Notes: generated by a model from the letters alone, not told the origin. Shown: positions 1 to 13,578, counted from the whole stretch's first letter. The stretch is 57,406 nucleotides of DNA, filler included, from Squatina squatina (GCA_031763465.1; 4 parts of 4 records of this genome joined end to end with filler, not necessarily neighbours in it); one strand, 5' to 3'. Translations and numbers: made by a program.

Positions 1-19
1 AGAGAAATATTACATCGTA

Positions 20-86
20 GGTCATGAATAGCCGGCACAGACACAATGGGCCGAATGGCCTCCTTCTGTGCAGTAAATTTCGATGA
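20..86 (+). repeat. 3' tail of CR1/HER1-type LINE or its partner SINE
   Basis: atgggccgaatggcctccttctgtgc tail motif, also seen at ~20870 and ~32345. Confidence 0.55.
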
Positions 87-669
87 GTAGAAGAATAATT
101 TATGGATCCATCAGACTCAGGGTGGTCACATCAGTGACCACTCCATATGAAGGATACAATATTCCCGTAGCCATAAGCATTTGTTCCCTTTTTAACTATC
201 ATTTCATAGACACAACCTAGCATTACCATTGAAAATATCATGTTTCATTATAATTTATTTCTCTGCATTTTTGTTTTAAGCTGAAGAACAAATAAAACCT
301 TCCAACAATGCTATTCCTGGACTTTGAAAGAACAAACGGGTACATGGAAATGAATTCTAGCTAAAGATGTTTCCCTATCCACTCATCGCCACCCCCAGCC
401 TCGCACCTCATGCAGAAACAAACACTCAGCATAATGGCTTCATCTCCCACACTCGTCGTCAGGCAGGTCTGGATAGCGCAAAGCTTGCCTTCCTGCCACA
501 TGCTTAGGTTATACACAATCTTAGAGCAGCGGGCAAGTAATGTCGGAATGGTTTGCACCTGTCGGATGGGTAAAACTGCACAAAGTAGTGGCCCTACGGA
601 TGCATCTTCATTGCCAGTGGCAGTATGGGGATCCCTCATTTCAGGGAAAGCACAACACTGAAACCTTAC

Positions 670-783
670 CTTTAGTCAATGTGTGGAAAAATAGTTCTAT
701 TTGTTGACACTTCGGTAAAAGCTTCATCAGCTCGAACTGGAATGGTACACCTCGGATAAAATCATTCTCTCCATCATAATCAC
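670..783 (-). CDS. Unidentified 114-nt symmetric (phase 1-1) exon candidate
   Basis: Acceptor cccttttctctatcaagcAG, donor AAG|GTAAGG; only one open frame (GDYDGENDFIRGVPFQFELMKLLPKCQQIELFFHTLTK); protein not recognised. Confidence 0.4.
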
Positions 784-796
784 CTGCTTGATAGAG

Positions 797-1136
797 AAAA
801 GGGCAGTCAGTTCAGGCCCATTTCTGGATGGGAGTGCTCACACTGGGAAAGCACTTAAATATATACTGGAGGATACCCTAAGCGTCCAGAAGGGAGCAAG
901 GCCAGAGATTCACAAGTTTGTTGTGATGATTACTGACGGTCAGAGTTCAGATGATGTTGTTGCTGGTGCTGAACAGCTGAGACATAATGGGATCACCATA
1001 ATAGTACTGGGAGTGGGGGATGCTCAGGCAACGTCACTTCTGAGAATTGCAGGAAGCCGCAAGTTCATGATTTCTGTTCGCTCTTATGAAGATTTTAAAC
1101 ATTATGAAATCAACTTGGTACGAAAAATATGTGAAG
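797..1136 (+). CDS. VWA2: von Willebrand factor A domain-containing protein 2 (AMACO)-like, partial exon, third VWA domain
   Basis: RAVSSGPFLDG...LSVQKGARP...VVMITDGQSSDD...LRHNGITIIVLGVG...ICE resembles recalled VWA2 (RAISQAPYLGG...TVQRGARP...LRNNGISVLVVGVG); donor GAAG|GTAAG at 1137. Confidence 0.7.
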
Positions 1137-1575
1137 GTAAGCTGCACATATAGCTGTACTTGTACTTTAAAAGTTTAAAAACAGAGTATGATGTTCTATT
1201 TTAACAATGTGGAGGGGGAATATGGGCTGATGTGATGGTTAGCTAAATATGAAAAGCCTCAGCAATCAACAGGGCCTGTGGGTTTTATTTAATCTTGGTC
1301 TATACCTGTTCCTATAATCTCCAATCTCATGGTCATCAAATATTTATTCNNNNNNNNNNNNNNNNNNNNNNNNNNNNNNNNNNNNNNNNNNNNNNNNNNN
1401 NNNNNNNNNNNNNNNNNNNNNNNNNNNNNNNNNNNNNNNNNNNNNNNNNAGGTGAAACCAGGAAGGGGACTTCAAGGTCAGCATCTTACCTTTCCACCTG
1501 AACAGAATGATCTGGTCTTTGTTATTGTTCCATAAAACAAATTGCCTCAAAAGTAACAGAGTTGCCACTTCCTGT

Positions 1576-1872
<297 letters not shown>

Positions 1873-2524
1873 TTAGGGTATGGCATTGTATGAATAAGGA
1901 TGAAAAATACTCAGTCACACTGAGGAAAGTATTTGAAGTAGCTCCCTTTGGAATGTACTGATTAAGCATCAGAGTTTGCAGCAGTGTAAGAATATGAANN
2001 NNNNNNNNNNNNNNNNNNNNNNNNNNNNNNNNNNNNNNNNNNNNNNNNNNNNNNNNNNNNNNNNNNNNNNNNNNNNNNNNNNNNNNNNNNNNNNNNNNGA
2101 TTGACTACCTTTCTCTCAAATAGTCTTGGAGCCTTTACTAGGCCCATAATGGAACTTATGACAGCTCAGAGGTGGTATTGTTTCCACTAGGCCTAAGGAG
2201 ACCATATTGGGTGGGATTCTTGGGACAGCCTAGAAACTCTCCCAGACACACCCCATAAGCAATCTTTAATATGATGAGATGTTGATGGGGAGAGGGTGGA
2301 TGACTTGCTCACAAACCCTTCCCAACTGAACTTTGGGCCAGATCTTAGAAACTCAGTTGTTTCATATCCACCGGGTTGGGTGGTCGATCCTACTTCCGCC
2401 CTCCCACCCCACTGGACTCTCAGGCCCAATGTCTTAGTAAAAATGACCAGAAAATATGTTTGCATTTCCAGAAGAGCAAAGTATAAGCAGATTCCAGTCT
2501 TCGAGTGATACAGAAGGTACTTAC

Positions 2525-2647
2525 CCTATAGAAGGATATGGCTTTCTCTCTGTCCCGGGACCCGTTAAAAAACACATCCCCCGCTGCTTCAAAAACTTCC
2601 ATTGCAAACTCCAACTTTTCTGTGCTCACAGCAGCATCTTGTGCAAC
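2525..2647 (-). CDS. SH3TC1: SH3TC1-like internal exon (123 nt)
   Basis: VAQDAAVSTEKLEFAMEVFEAAGDVFFNGSRDREKAISFYR; donor AGG|GTAAGT. Confidence 0.85.
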
Positions 2648-3149
2648 CTTCATTTTTGTTTTACAAAAAGGTTTATATAAATCAGTATTATTACTCCATG
2701 ATTCTTCTTAAAATCTATATATTTTCACAAGTTTTCTCCTGAAGATACAACTTTTGCTAGTTACAGTGCCGCAGTTGCTGATAGCTCTCCGATTCTCTGC
2801 CAAGTTAGCCAAATGTGATCAAAAACTATTTGACCACAGTGGGCACTGTAGCCAAGGCCTATCCCAACCTCATTGGACATCTAGATATGTGCATTTTCCA
2901 TCAAGATCACTGAATAGTGATCAAGGGTATGAAAACTGGCTGATTTCCCCCCACCCTCTCTAGCCTGGGAAGCTGAGAATGAATCAGTGCTCCAACTGCT
3001 GTGATTTCCAAGAAGCTAACTCAGTGTCGCCCTAGAATTAAAGCAAGAGCTCATCTCATCTGTAATGTACAATTATACACTGGTTGCTGCATTTACTCAT
3101 TAACCCATCAAGGAAGCTTATACTAACTTTTTGGGCAATTCCAAAACAT

Positions 3150-3413
3150 AAAAGCATTGGAAAAATTCTGAGGAATAGGATAAATCTTCATTTAGAAAGA
3201 CACAGATTAATCAGCGAATCTCAAGAAAGTAAAAGCCCATGGGATCCAAGGCAAAGTGGCAAGTTGGATCCAAAATTGGCTCAGACAGAAAGCAAAGGGT
3301 AATGGTCGATGGGTGTTTGTGACCGGAAGGCTGTTTCCAGTGGGGTTCTGCAGGGCTCAGTACTAGGTCCCTTGCTTTTTTGATATATATCAATGATTTG
3401 GACTAGAATGAGG
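3150..3413 (+). mobile_element. CR1-type LINE RT fragment, degenerate
   Basis: HLERHRLISESQ, WIQNWL and SGVLQGSVLGPLLF..YINDLD motifs with deletions. Confidence 0.75.
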
Positions 3414-4010
3414 NNNNNNNNNNNNNNNNNNNNNNNNNNNNNNNNNNNNNNNNNNNNNNNNNNNNNNNNNNNNNNNNNNNNNNNNNNNNNNNNNNNNNNN
3501 NNNNNNNNNNNNNTCATGAAAGCCATTGCTTTTAAATGGGGTGGAACTATAATAATTGGGCAGATCTATAATAATGACCATCTAGCTGTTTTCAGTGAGG
3601 AGCAATGGTGAAGCTGCACAAAAGTCTAAGCAAAGTATGGAGTGGCGCAAGAGCCACATGCCATAATTCTCTGGAACCACTGCACCATAATAACGGCCAA
3701 TGATTATACTGTACTCACTGCCTCCGCAGCAACAGAACCATAANNNNNNNNNNAAATTCCAGCACAAGACCATAAAAGAGAATTATATATATTTTACTTG
3801 GTGAAATAAAATGAGGAATGTGTATGCAAACTGTGCAGTCTTGGGGTGAGGAAGGTAGTGCGACAATTCTGCCCAGTGCTTGATCATTAATAGTGATATC
3901 ATTTCCTCTCATGATAAAATGATAATTACAAACACATCTATTGAAATTAATAACTTCAATTTTGTACAAAGTCTTGGAGACCTTTTGGATCAGCAGATCT
4001 GCTCATTTCA

Positions 4011-4250
<240 letters not shown>

Positions 4251-4649
4251 TCAACTCTGCATGTGAGGCAACAGAGAGATGAGGGTCCCTGCTCTCGGTT
4301 AGCTGCAATGGTCATACATAAACTGATTTGAGTTCAATCTCAAGCCAGTTTCTAATGGGACTTATCCACAGCTCAAAATTGCTCATAATTCAACATAGTC
4401 ACAAAATCATCAGATATGTGCTTCGTCTCTTCAAAATGCATCAACACCACGTTCACGGCAAATTCCCTTGGTGACCGTGGATTCTGGTCATGAACTTTCA
4501 ACTCCTCAAATAGTGTTGTTTCTGCTGCACTTTTGCAGAACAATGCAACNNNNNNNNNNNNNNNNNNNNNNNNNNNNNNNNNNNNNNNNNNNNNNNNNNN
4601 NNNNNNNNNNNNNNNNNNNNNNNNNNNNNNNNNNNNNNNNNNNNNNNNN

Positions 4650-5460
4650 AGCATAATTAGAACCTGAATAAAATGCTCATCAGAGGCAACATTTTGCAGT
4701 TCAGAGAAGAGATGAATGGACTTTAAAAGAAATTGTTCTGAAAGACTATAGGCCTTTGACCAAAGGCAGAGCAAACCAAAATTAGCATTGCTAATAGCTT
4801 GGTTAAATTTCTGTCCTAACTCCACAGAGATTGATAGGGCTCTGTGATAGTTCTTAGCAGCTTCCTTCACATTTCTCAATCTTCTCATGGAGATAGCAAT
4901 CATATTGTAAACAACCCCCTGCTGTACAGGGCAACTCTGAACAGAAGAGGACTCTAGTGTTGTGTTTAAAAAGACAATGGCTTTAGCAGGCTCACTATTC
5001 AGAATGTGCAACCATGCAAGAGAAATAACTGCATCGACCATCTCCTCAGTACTAATGGAGACTTGTGTGTTAATGGCCATTTTCATGTAATGAACTGCTT
5101 TTCCATATATTCCATGCAGTTTATAAATTTCTGATAAGCTGAGGTAAATGGTTCGACTAATGTTGTCCGATTCAAGACTGTTTGTTAAAGAGAGTGCCCA
5201 TTTAAGGTAAGGTGCTACTTGTGTTGGAATCATGGGAGTGACTCTACCCATTCCACAGAGCTTTGAGGCACCTTTCATGACAAAGTTTACACTTTTCAAA
5301 CAATCCATTAAAGTTCTAGTAGGCTGTAAGCAGGAAAGTTTTGCACAGCTTATAGCAAGGTTTGGCAGACATTTTCGATAATACAGTGATCCAAGGGTAA
5401 AATGAAAGTCTAAAGGGGTCCTATTTTCTAACATTATGGCATTTCTCAAAAACTGCAGTC
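4650..5460 (-). CDS. SH3TC1: SH3TC1-like large TPR exon, both ends in gaps
   Basis: Open frame with TPR helices (QQGVVYNMIAISMRR...AAKNYHRALSISVELGQKFNQAISNANFGLLCL). Confidence 0.8.
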
Positions 5461-5651
5461 TTTNNNNNNNNNNNNNNNNNNNNNNNNNNNNNNNNNNNNN
5501 NNNNNNNNNNNNNNNNNNNNNNNNNNNNNNNNNNNNNNNNNNNNNNNNNNNNNNNNNNNNNNNACCATTATACGTCAGTGCTTTATAAAGAATGCGGGAA
5601 ATATTAACGAAAGGTAAACTACAAATAAATCACCTACATCTGTGATGTTCA

Positions 5652-5819
<168 letters not shown>

Positions 5820-7089
5820 CTACAAAGGAATTGATACATAGCAGAATGATAACCTGCACTGAGAGAATGTAATATTCTCAGACCAATCTATATTGGCTTC
5901 AGAAAGCTAAGTTTAAGAGGAAACATAATCAGCATGAAATTACACAAACAGTTTCGATATTATACATAGCTAGGATGCAAGAAAGGGAAAATAATGATGG
6001 AGTAGAGTTTCTGCTTTGGGCAAAATCGGGAAATTGCACAAAAAATGGACTTGAAATCATGCAAACTAGGCCACATTTCACATTTTTGCTAAAATTCATT
6101 TGCATAATTAGAAATGTCTGATTTTCCATGAACCAGTGCATCAGATGGTATAATAAAACATAATATTTTCTTTCTTTTCATTAAAATGCATTTCTTGGTG
6201 TATTTAAGAGTGGTAGTCTGGTGCAGTTTTATTGATACAACTGAAAATGGGTTTATCAGCAAAAGTAAACATTTTTAATAAGGGTGTCCAGTTCTCCACC
6301 TGTGAGTAACCCAATTTAAAATCACTTTAAAAATTACTTTCAAAAGGTAGACTGAACCGTTTAATAGTTTCATTGGTGTACATGAATCAGGTTCTCAGTA
6401 AATTAAATATTTTTTGATTTGAAAAAACTTTTAAAACATGCCTACTAGTGCCTATGCACCGAATAAAATAAACACAATTTGAAGAGCCTTCCTGAGCCAG
6501 CACAATCGGCGGAATCTCGTACATTCGATTGGGAGGGGGTAAGCAGTTTTGTGGACGGGCTTGATACAGGTGAACTGAATCTTGATCCAGCTGAAAAGAT
6601 CGCAGAAAGCACGTGAGTGCTTTTGCACGTAACTCACGTTTAAAATTCCCTGATCTTTTGCGCTGGTTTGGCCAATTCTGTCAGGATTGCATGAATATAA
6701 CTAGCAGAAACAAAAGGAAACAGAAGAGGCACTCAGTTCATCCTTTTTTTTGGCACTAAACTAGCGTTAAATGGGCGATAAGGGCTTAACGCTGATTTTT
6801 GGTGTTAAATTTTGCGCTGCGAAATTCATCCCCCCTTAACGCCGGAGCTGAATCGGCACTAACCCCTTAAGGCTTCAATCGCAAAGTTCAGCGTTAGAAT
6901 GTCTCAATAACATCATCAGTGGGCACAACGCCAAAATGGCCGCCTGCTGTGGAATTCGACAAGGCTACAGTGCCTTAAAATTAGCGGTGACAAGGCCCCG
7001 TTTTTTGGGTGTTGACATGCCTCATCTCAGAACTTTGAGCGCTAATGAAAGCACTGGGACTGGGTTTCATTCTCAATTTNNNNNNNNNN

Positions 7090-7497
7090 TCATCCAACAT
7101 CACATGCATAACCTCAGGCACAGAAGAGATCTTATAGACAGGCAGAGAGCCATGAGGGCAGAGGTAAATAAGGCCAGGGCTGAGGAAGCAGCAGCTCCTC
7201 AACCAGACCAACCACTTGACCTCCCAGAGCCAGCTGCACCACTGGTGGCACAGTCCAGGCCACTGCAGCCTCCTCCTAGAGGGCGGAGGCCAAGCCCACC
7301 TTGAAGGAGGTATGCCCACAGAGTCTACAGGTGTCGATTCAGCTACCTACAAATGACCGACGACCTATGCCTTTGTAGACTGCGTTTCAAAAAGGAAGTC
7401 TTGAATGAACTCTGCCAACTCCTGCAGGCTGACCTCCAGCCTCACACCAGGGCTTCCATTGCTCTCTCTGTGGTGGGCAGGTCGCAGGCCTGAGCTC
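7090..7497 (+). mobile_element. PIF/Harbinger transposase (HARBI1-like) N-terminal remnant
   Basis: RRYAHRVYRCRFSYLQMTDDLCLCRLRFKKEVLNELCQLLQADLQP; in-frame TGA at 7302. Confidence 0.75.
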
Positions 7498-8114
7498 CNN
7501 NNNNNNNNNNNNNNNNNNNNNNNNNNNNNNNNNNNNNNNNNNNNNNNNNNNNNNNNNNNNNNNNNNNNNNNNNNNNNNNNNNNNNNNNNNNNNNNNNNTA
7601 ACGATTTAAAGACTGTGATGAATGCGTTAATGGAAAGATATAGTGGCTATGGCTACTTAGTTAAAAAAAAACTGGGGGGAGCAAGGCAGATTAAGGGCTG
7701 TGGGCAGTTAATTAGAAAAAGAACAGCAGCTGGAAAGCCCTGAAGCTTCTCCTGGAAACACAAGGCAAAGTAAGGAAGTTATTCTCTCCTCCCCCCAGGC
7801 ATTCCAGTCCTCAGCAGATCTCCGTGCAAGTCCGAGCACCAGCTTTTTGGGGAACCAGAGTTTGGGTGCCCCGGGAGAGGACGCTTTTGAAGGTGAAGCA
7901 GGAGAACCAAGAATACCTGTCTCATTTCAGTAATAATGTTGGGTCTGTGCCAACTGCAGGTCCAGGTCCAGCTATGCCCTATTGGGGTTCCCCAGGAAAT
8001 TCCAGGGCTGTGGAGTAGGGACGGAGACCTAACACAATGGGTTTCACATTCCCTAGTCTTCTTTACTACACCTGGTGTGCAGAAAAGTGGAAAATCTTTT
8101 GCACTGTGACTTAC

Positions 8115-8242
8115 GCTAAGGAGGGCTATGACCTCTCCACAGTCATTCTCTAGAATGCAGAGTTTTCCTCTCAGCATGTCCTGTAGCTGTGTGTCGGGAA
8201 GTCCTGTTGTTTGTCTCTTCATGATTAGTTTCAGTAAAATAT
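8115..8242 (-). CDS. SH3TC1: SH3TC1-like N-terminal exon (128 nt)
   Basis: DILLKLIMKRQTTGLPDTQLQDMLRGKLCILENDCGEVIALLS resembles SH3TC1 LQQTLRGQLRLLENDS; acAG acceptor, GTAAGT donor. Confidence 0.8.
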
Positions 8243-11072
8243 CTGTCAAGGAAACAAAGAAATTTATATGTACAAATAGTTTGTATTTGCATTGCTCGTC
8301 ACTCCCATTTTACAGAGGGAATTGTTATATGCAGTCAATTCCTACTAATTGTTTCCTGTTAGACCTAACATGTTATTATGTGACCTTGTCCTGACACCAG
8401 AGTTCTCTAGTGGGGTCAGGAGCAGGCGTCACTGGCACCCACACCCCTGCACTTTCGCTGGTGGAACGGAGCCAAGGAACTTTGGTCCTTATATGTTTTT
8501 TTAAACCCTATTTTGATTTCCTCCATACTCTTTCTGCACCTCATTCATCGCCAAAAAAAGCTTGTCTAGAAAAATAACCTCAGCCTCTTCCTCAAAGCTG
8601 CTCCATAATTCATTTCTGTGGAGCCGAGTGGCTATGAAGGTTTTTTTTTGGCCTTCCTTCTTTCCCCCACCCCCATGGAGTGTTCTGCTGCTACACAATG
8701 ACCTGTGAAGAAAGTAACCAAGCCAAAACAAGCAAAACATGACAACTAAGGGCAGTGAGTTCAAATGTCAGCNNNNNNNNNNNNNNNNNNNNNNNNNNNN
8801 NNNNNNNNNNNNNNNNNNNNNNNNNNNNNNNNNNNNNNNNNNNNNNNNNNNNNNNNNNNNNNNNNNNNNNNNCTGAGCAGTGCTTTGGTCTATGAGAGCA
8901 ACAAGGAGCTGCTTTTTTTCTTTTATTAAGCTGCTGTAGTTTACTCCTTTGGACTATTTGTTTTCAAGCACCACCTTTAGAATCTATTTGAAGTGTGGTT
9001 ATACATTAAGATACTTGTGATACAATACTCACAGCTCATTCAGAGGAACAGCGGAGAGAACTATGAACAAGGTATCTGAAAGGCACTTACATGGATGAAA
9101 GCAATAACTGTTAATGCAATCAAATTTTATAAAACAGGTGATTCGTTTGTCAATTTTTTTACTGTAAAAATTGGTTGGAGTCATGTAGCTACGATGTAGT
9201 TACTGAAAATACTGAGGTGTACTTTAGATAACTAAAGCGCACAGGATACTGAAGCAAATTGACGTGTTTTCAGGTTTGTTACACTTCTTTAAAAAATGTC
9301 AATTTTCGGTTGTTATAGTCCCGCGAAGGACCAGTTACAAATCACACCAGCAGCATTTCGTCTAGGATTCTGTGTGGGTGTGCGTTACATTGCACTGTCG
9401 TTGGGCCCCACCCCTGCAGTTTGTTTCCCTGTAAAAAAAATGCATATTAGTAATTATTTGAGTGACACTCTAGACCACTGTGGAAGTTTGATTAAATCTA
9501 AGTATAGATAGGAACATAGCAATACAATATGCACAGAGACTACTTTTAGACGTTGACACATCTAACATGAGTTCAGCTTTAACATGTGTCTGCTAAATAA
9601 ATCCCTCCCTTTCACACCACATTAAGAATTAATACTGCTGTTACAAAGATGGTGTATTAGTTACATGACATCTTTGCACATCTATAACCTGATACATCCA
9701 AGACAGGAGAATGTCAATTCAAAAGTTTAGATTCAGAGGGGTAGAGTTTTCACGTTGACCGCAATCGGCAATCTGGGCGCAAATTATGCTGGAAATGTCG
9801 CTGGTTTTCTGAAGTGAAGTTTCTGGTCAAACTTATTTGCATAATCTTCCATGAAGTAGTGCAATCAGACAGCATTTTAGAATATAAGTTTTTATTTTTC
9901 CCCTTTTATTAAAGAATATTCCTTGATGCATTATGAGCAGTCAGCTGGTTTGGTTTTATTAATACAGCTGAAAATGGNNNNNNNNNNNNNNNNNNNNNNN
10001 NNNNNNNNNNNNNNNNNNNNNNNNNNNNNNNNNNNNNNNNNNNNNNNNNNNNNNNNNNNNNNNNNNNNNNNNNNNNNATCAAGGGAAACTCCAGAATTTG
10101 GAATAGGTTGGAGAGGGACATCATGACCTATGGCAACATTTTTGGCAGGACAGATATTTCTAATTTCCCAAGTGGTTGCACAGTTATGTTCTACTGATCC
10201 ATGGAGCTTTGTGCAGACTCATCAATGCGCTGCACGTTACGAGTGGCTTGGAATAACTGGAATTGCACACAAGAATGTTGATCGAAGAAATGAATGTCCA
10301 GCCAACTAGAGAGGGATCTCCTTTGCCTAGAATGCCTCTTAGCCCAGTATGATGATATTAATACATTCCTTTTGCCCATCATTAACATTTGTCACAGCCT
10401 GTGTCTACTTGGAGCTGAAAATGTGGTCTTCAGTCAAATGCCCTGAAGGTGTTTGTATTCATCTAGGAGGAGGATGGGGGAGGAAGTTCTATTAATATTA
10501 ACAGCCTGCAATAACACAGCCTGTTTGTCTCGGGGAGCTTCTGCAGTCATATGATCTCTGGCTGCCATTCTTGAACTATCTGGAGGAATATCCAGTAACA
10601 GAGTTTCACTTCTCAGCTGCGGCAAAGCCCACGCTGTAATTGAGTGGGCACCGAAGTATGGGTCGTATGTCTAGATGGATCGGAGACCCACTTAATGGAA
10701 CTGTATATCCGTAACTGACATGACTGAATTGAAATCAACCTCTGCTATGCCTGAAGACACCGGTAGAATACTGCTTCGTAAATATATTTATATTCTACAT
10801 TGATACCATAGGATTTCCATGTGAGGGGAAGAGGTTGTNNNNNNNNNNNNNNNNNNNNNNNNNNNNNNNNNNNNNNNNNNNNNNNNNNNNNNNNNNNNNN
10901 NNNNNNNNNNNNNNNNNNNNNNNNNNNNNNNNNNNNNNGCAAACATGACTTGAATAAGGAGTCTAGTTTTCAGGGATGCCAAACACAATCTGTAGAACAG
11001 CTCTTCAACTTAATGGAAGCAAGCAGGATTGATCAAATCTTCCATTTCAATAACTCCAGAAAGTATGCCTCT

Positions 11073-12521
11073 TTAGATCTGGTACTCTTTTTCTGGACTG
11101 CTTGTGGAAGAACTAAAACCAAGTTTTGCATCCTCCATTTTTTCTGGCACCAGAATAGAATCTTCATCTTCTTCGGTTGTCAATTGATCAAGGATATCAT
11201 ATGCCAGTTTATATATCTCCTCATTTTCATGCAGTTGTAATTGTTCAATCATTTGCAAACCTCCACACTCTTCAATCTGGTTTGTTATCAGTTCTGTCTT
11301 ATCATTTGCTGTATTCAGGATATTACTTAAGCCATCCAGTACTACTATAATTATCTGAGGGTCCAGCAGTGTAAGCAGCCGGCAGAATGGAACTACTACA
11401 TTTTGTTCAATCAGGTAGTTAATCTGATCTTTCCTACCANNNNNNNNNNNNNNNNNNNNNNNNNNNNNNNNNNNNNNNNNNNNNNNNNNNNNNNNNNNNN
11501 NNNNNNNNNNNNNNNNNNNNNNNNNNNNNNNNNNNNNNNCTACCACAATTAGCTAGATTGGCTATGACCCAAGCAGTTTCTTTCTGCGTAGCATAATCCC
11601 CATTTTCCATGAGGTTTACAATCATAGGAACAAGGTTAGCATTAATCACGGCCTGTTCCTGTTGCTGGTTTCCAGCAGTGACATTGGAGAGAAACCATGC
11701 AGCATCCTTATTGAGTTTCACATTAGGATGAGTTAGCAATGCTGGAAAATGAGAAAGAGCTCCGCAGTTCAGGACCGCTTGTGCTTGTTCATCAGTACCA
11801 GTTACAATATTTCCTACGGCTCGCAATGACGCAGTTTGAATATTGGCCTCCTGATGGCTAAAAAAAGGTACCAAATGAGGAACTATTCCTGAATCTAGAA
11901 CCATCTGGATCTGGTCATCTTCAGCATCTGTTATGTAGGACAAGGCCAAAACAGTGTCTATTAAGACATGAATGTCATTGTGATGAACAAGAATACACAT
12001 AGCTGGAAGAATCTCTTGAACAGTTTCCTTTGGCAAGGGAGGGTCTTTCTGACGGCAGAGATTAACAATTACCCATGTGACAGTGCGAAGGAAAGTAAGG
12101 GGGACTGAAGCACTGACAAAAGAAAGCACAGGCTTTATCATTCCTAGACTAATGACATAATCTCTACATTTGGGCCCATCAGCTATTACATTGCCTAAAG
12201 CCAAAAGTGCTTGTTCGCACACATCCTGATGTGGGCAGTTCAACAGTCTTAACAAAAGTGGGACAGCATTTGATTTAATCATAGCCTCTGTGTGTTCTGA
12301 AGGACCATAAGCAATGTTTGCTAAAGCCCACACTGCTTCTAACTGCAATGGAGGATTGTTGTCCTGTTCTAGACAGCGCATAAGAATTGGAAAAATGCCA
12401 GAATTGATTAAATCACCTATTGGAGGAGCATAATCACCGGACACCAACTCTCTAGCAGCTTGCACTCCGCTGAGTTGAATTTCCTGGTTATCACTAGTTG
12501 CATTTTTTACTATTTCTTCTA
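11073..12521 (-). CDS. KPNA4: Intronless divergent importin alpha-3 (KPNA4)-like retrocopy; IBB domain lost in the upstream gap
   Basis: ARM repeats to stop without introns; KPNA4-type [28 protein letters not shown]; flanks of the 11440-11539 gap overlap by 6 nt (ctacca), restoring NCG-RKDQ in frame. Confidence 0.85.
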
Positions 12522-12621
12522 NNNNNNNNNNNNNNNNNNNNNNNNNNNNNNNNNNNNNNNNNNNNNNNNNNNNNNNNNNNNNNNNNNNNNNNNNNNNNNN
12601 NNNNNNNNNNNNNNNNNNNNN

Positions 12622-13295
12622 CTCAGGCCCCCTCCCCAACCTCTTTTTCTGATACATTGATGACTGTATCGGTGCCGTTTCCTGCTTTCGCCCTGAGCTT
12701 GATACTTTCATTCACTTTGCCTCCAATTTCCACTCTTCCCTCACCTTCACATCTCTGACTCTTCCCTTCCCTTCCACGACTTCTCTTTCTCCATTTCTGG
12801 GAATTGGCTCCTCACAAGCATCTACTATAAGCTCACTGACTCCCACAGCTACCTGGACCACACTTCTTCCCACCTTGTTTCCTGTAAAAACTCCATTCNN
12901 NNNNNNNNCTCCGTCTCTGTCGCATCTGTTCTGATGACGCCATGCTTCTGACATGTCTTCCTTTTTCCTCAACCGAGGATTCCCCTCTACTGCGGTGGAC
13001 ATGGCCCTCGATTGTGTCTGTTCTATTTCCCACACCTCTGCCCTCACCCCTTCTCCTCTCTCCCAGAACCACAATAGGGTTCCCCTTGTCCTCACTTTTC
13101 ACCCCACCAGCCTCCATGTTCAATGGATCACCTGCCGCCATTTCCGCCACCTCCAGCGTGATTCCACTACCAAAAACATTTTCCCTCCCCTCCCATTTCA
13201 GGATTCCAAAGGGACCACTCCCTCTGTGACACCCTGGTCTACGCCTCCATCACCCCTACCAACCCCTCCCCTTCCCACTGTCCAGGGCCCCAAAC
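12622..13295 (+). mobile_element. Penelope-like retroelement remnant (RT C-terminal region)
   Basis: IYYKLTDSHSYLDHTSSH, LRLCRICSDD, SSFFLNRGFPST...RVPLVLTFHPTSLH motifs. Confidence 0.75.
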
Positions 13296-13521
13296 NNNNN
13301 NNNNNNNNNNNNNNNNNNNNNNNNNNNNNNNNNNNNNNNNNNNNNNNNNNNNNNNNNNNNNNNNNNNNNNNNNNNNNNNNNNNNNNNNNNNNNNNCGAAT
13401 GATCACTGACATAATGTGTAATGTGTGTATTCTTTATCTGGATAGAGAAAGTAAATAATGTAATTTGCTCCTAACTTACTGCAATATTGACATTCATGGT
13501 TTCCATTCTCTCTCTTAACAG

Positions 13522-13578
13522 AAATAATAATCTGAAAACACTGTTAGCCATTGGAGGTTGGAATTTTGATACCACCAG
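13522..13578 (+). CDS. GH18 chitinase (CHIA/CHIT1-like) 57-nt exon
   Basis: NNNLKTLLAIGGWNFDTT; acceptor ctctcttaacAG, donor CAG|GTAAAA; diagnostic LKTLLAIGGWNF motif. Confidence 0.85.

Noticed and set aside
6478-6612. Possible plus-strand exon (FDWEGVSSFVDGLDTGELNLDP) ending at GTGAGT
   Set aside because: No convincing acceptor or start, no recognisable homology, adjacent to transposon-like DNA
8501-8764. Possible further SH3TC exon
   Set aside because: Acceptor-like site present but weak donor and no recognisable similarity
10191-10388. RQRR|SL furin-like motif suggesting a viral envelope remnant
   Set aside because: Short ORF, no fusion peptide or TM segment, stops nearby, no gag/pol context
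12622-12711. N-terminus of the 425-aa importin ORF (MKVSSSGRKQ...)
   Set aside because: Antisense Penelope-like sequence read through an N gap; not an IBB domain
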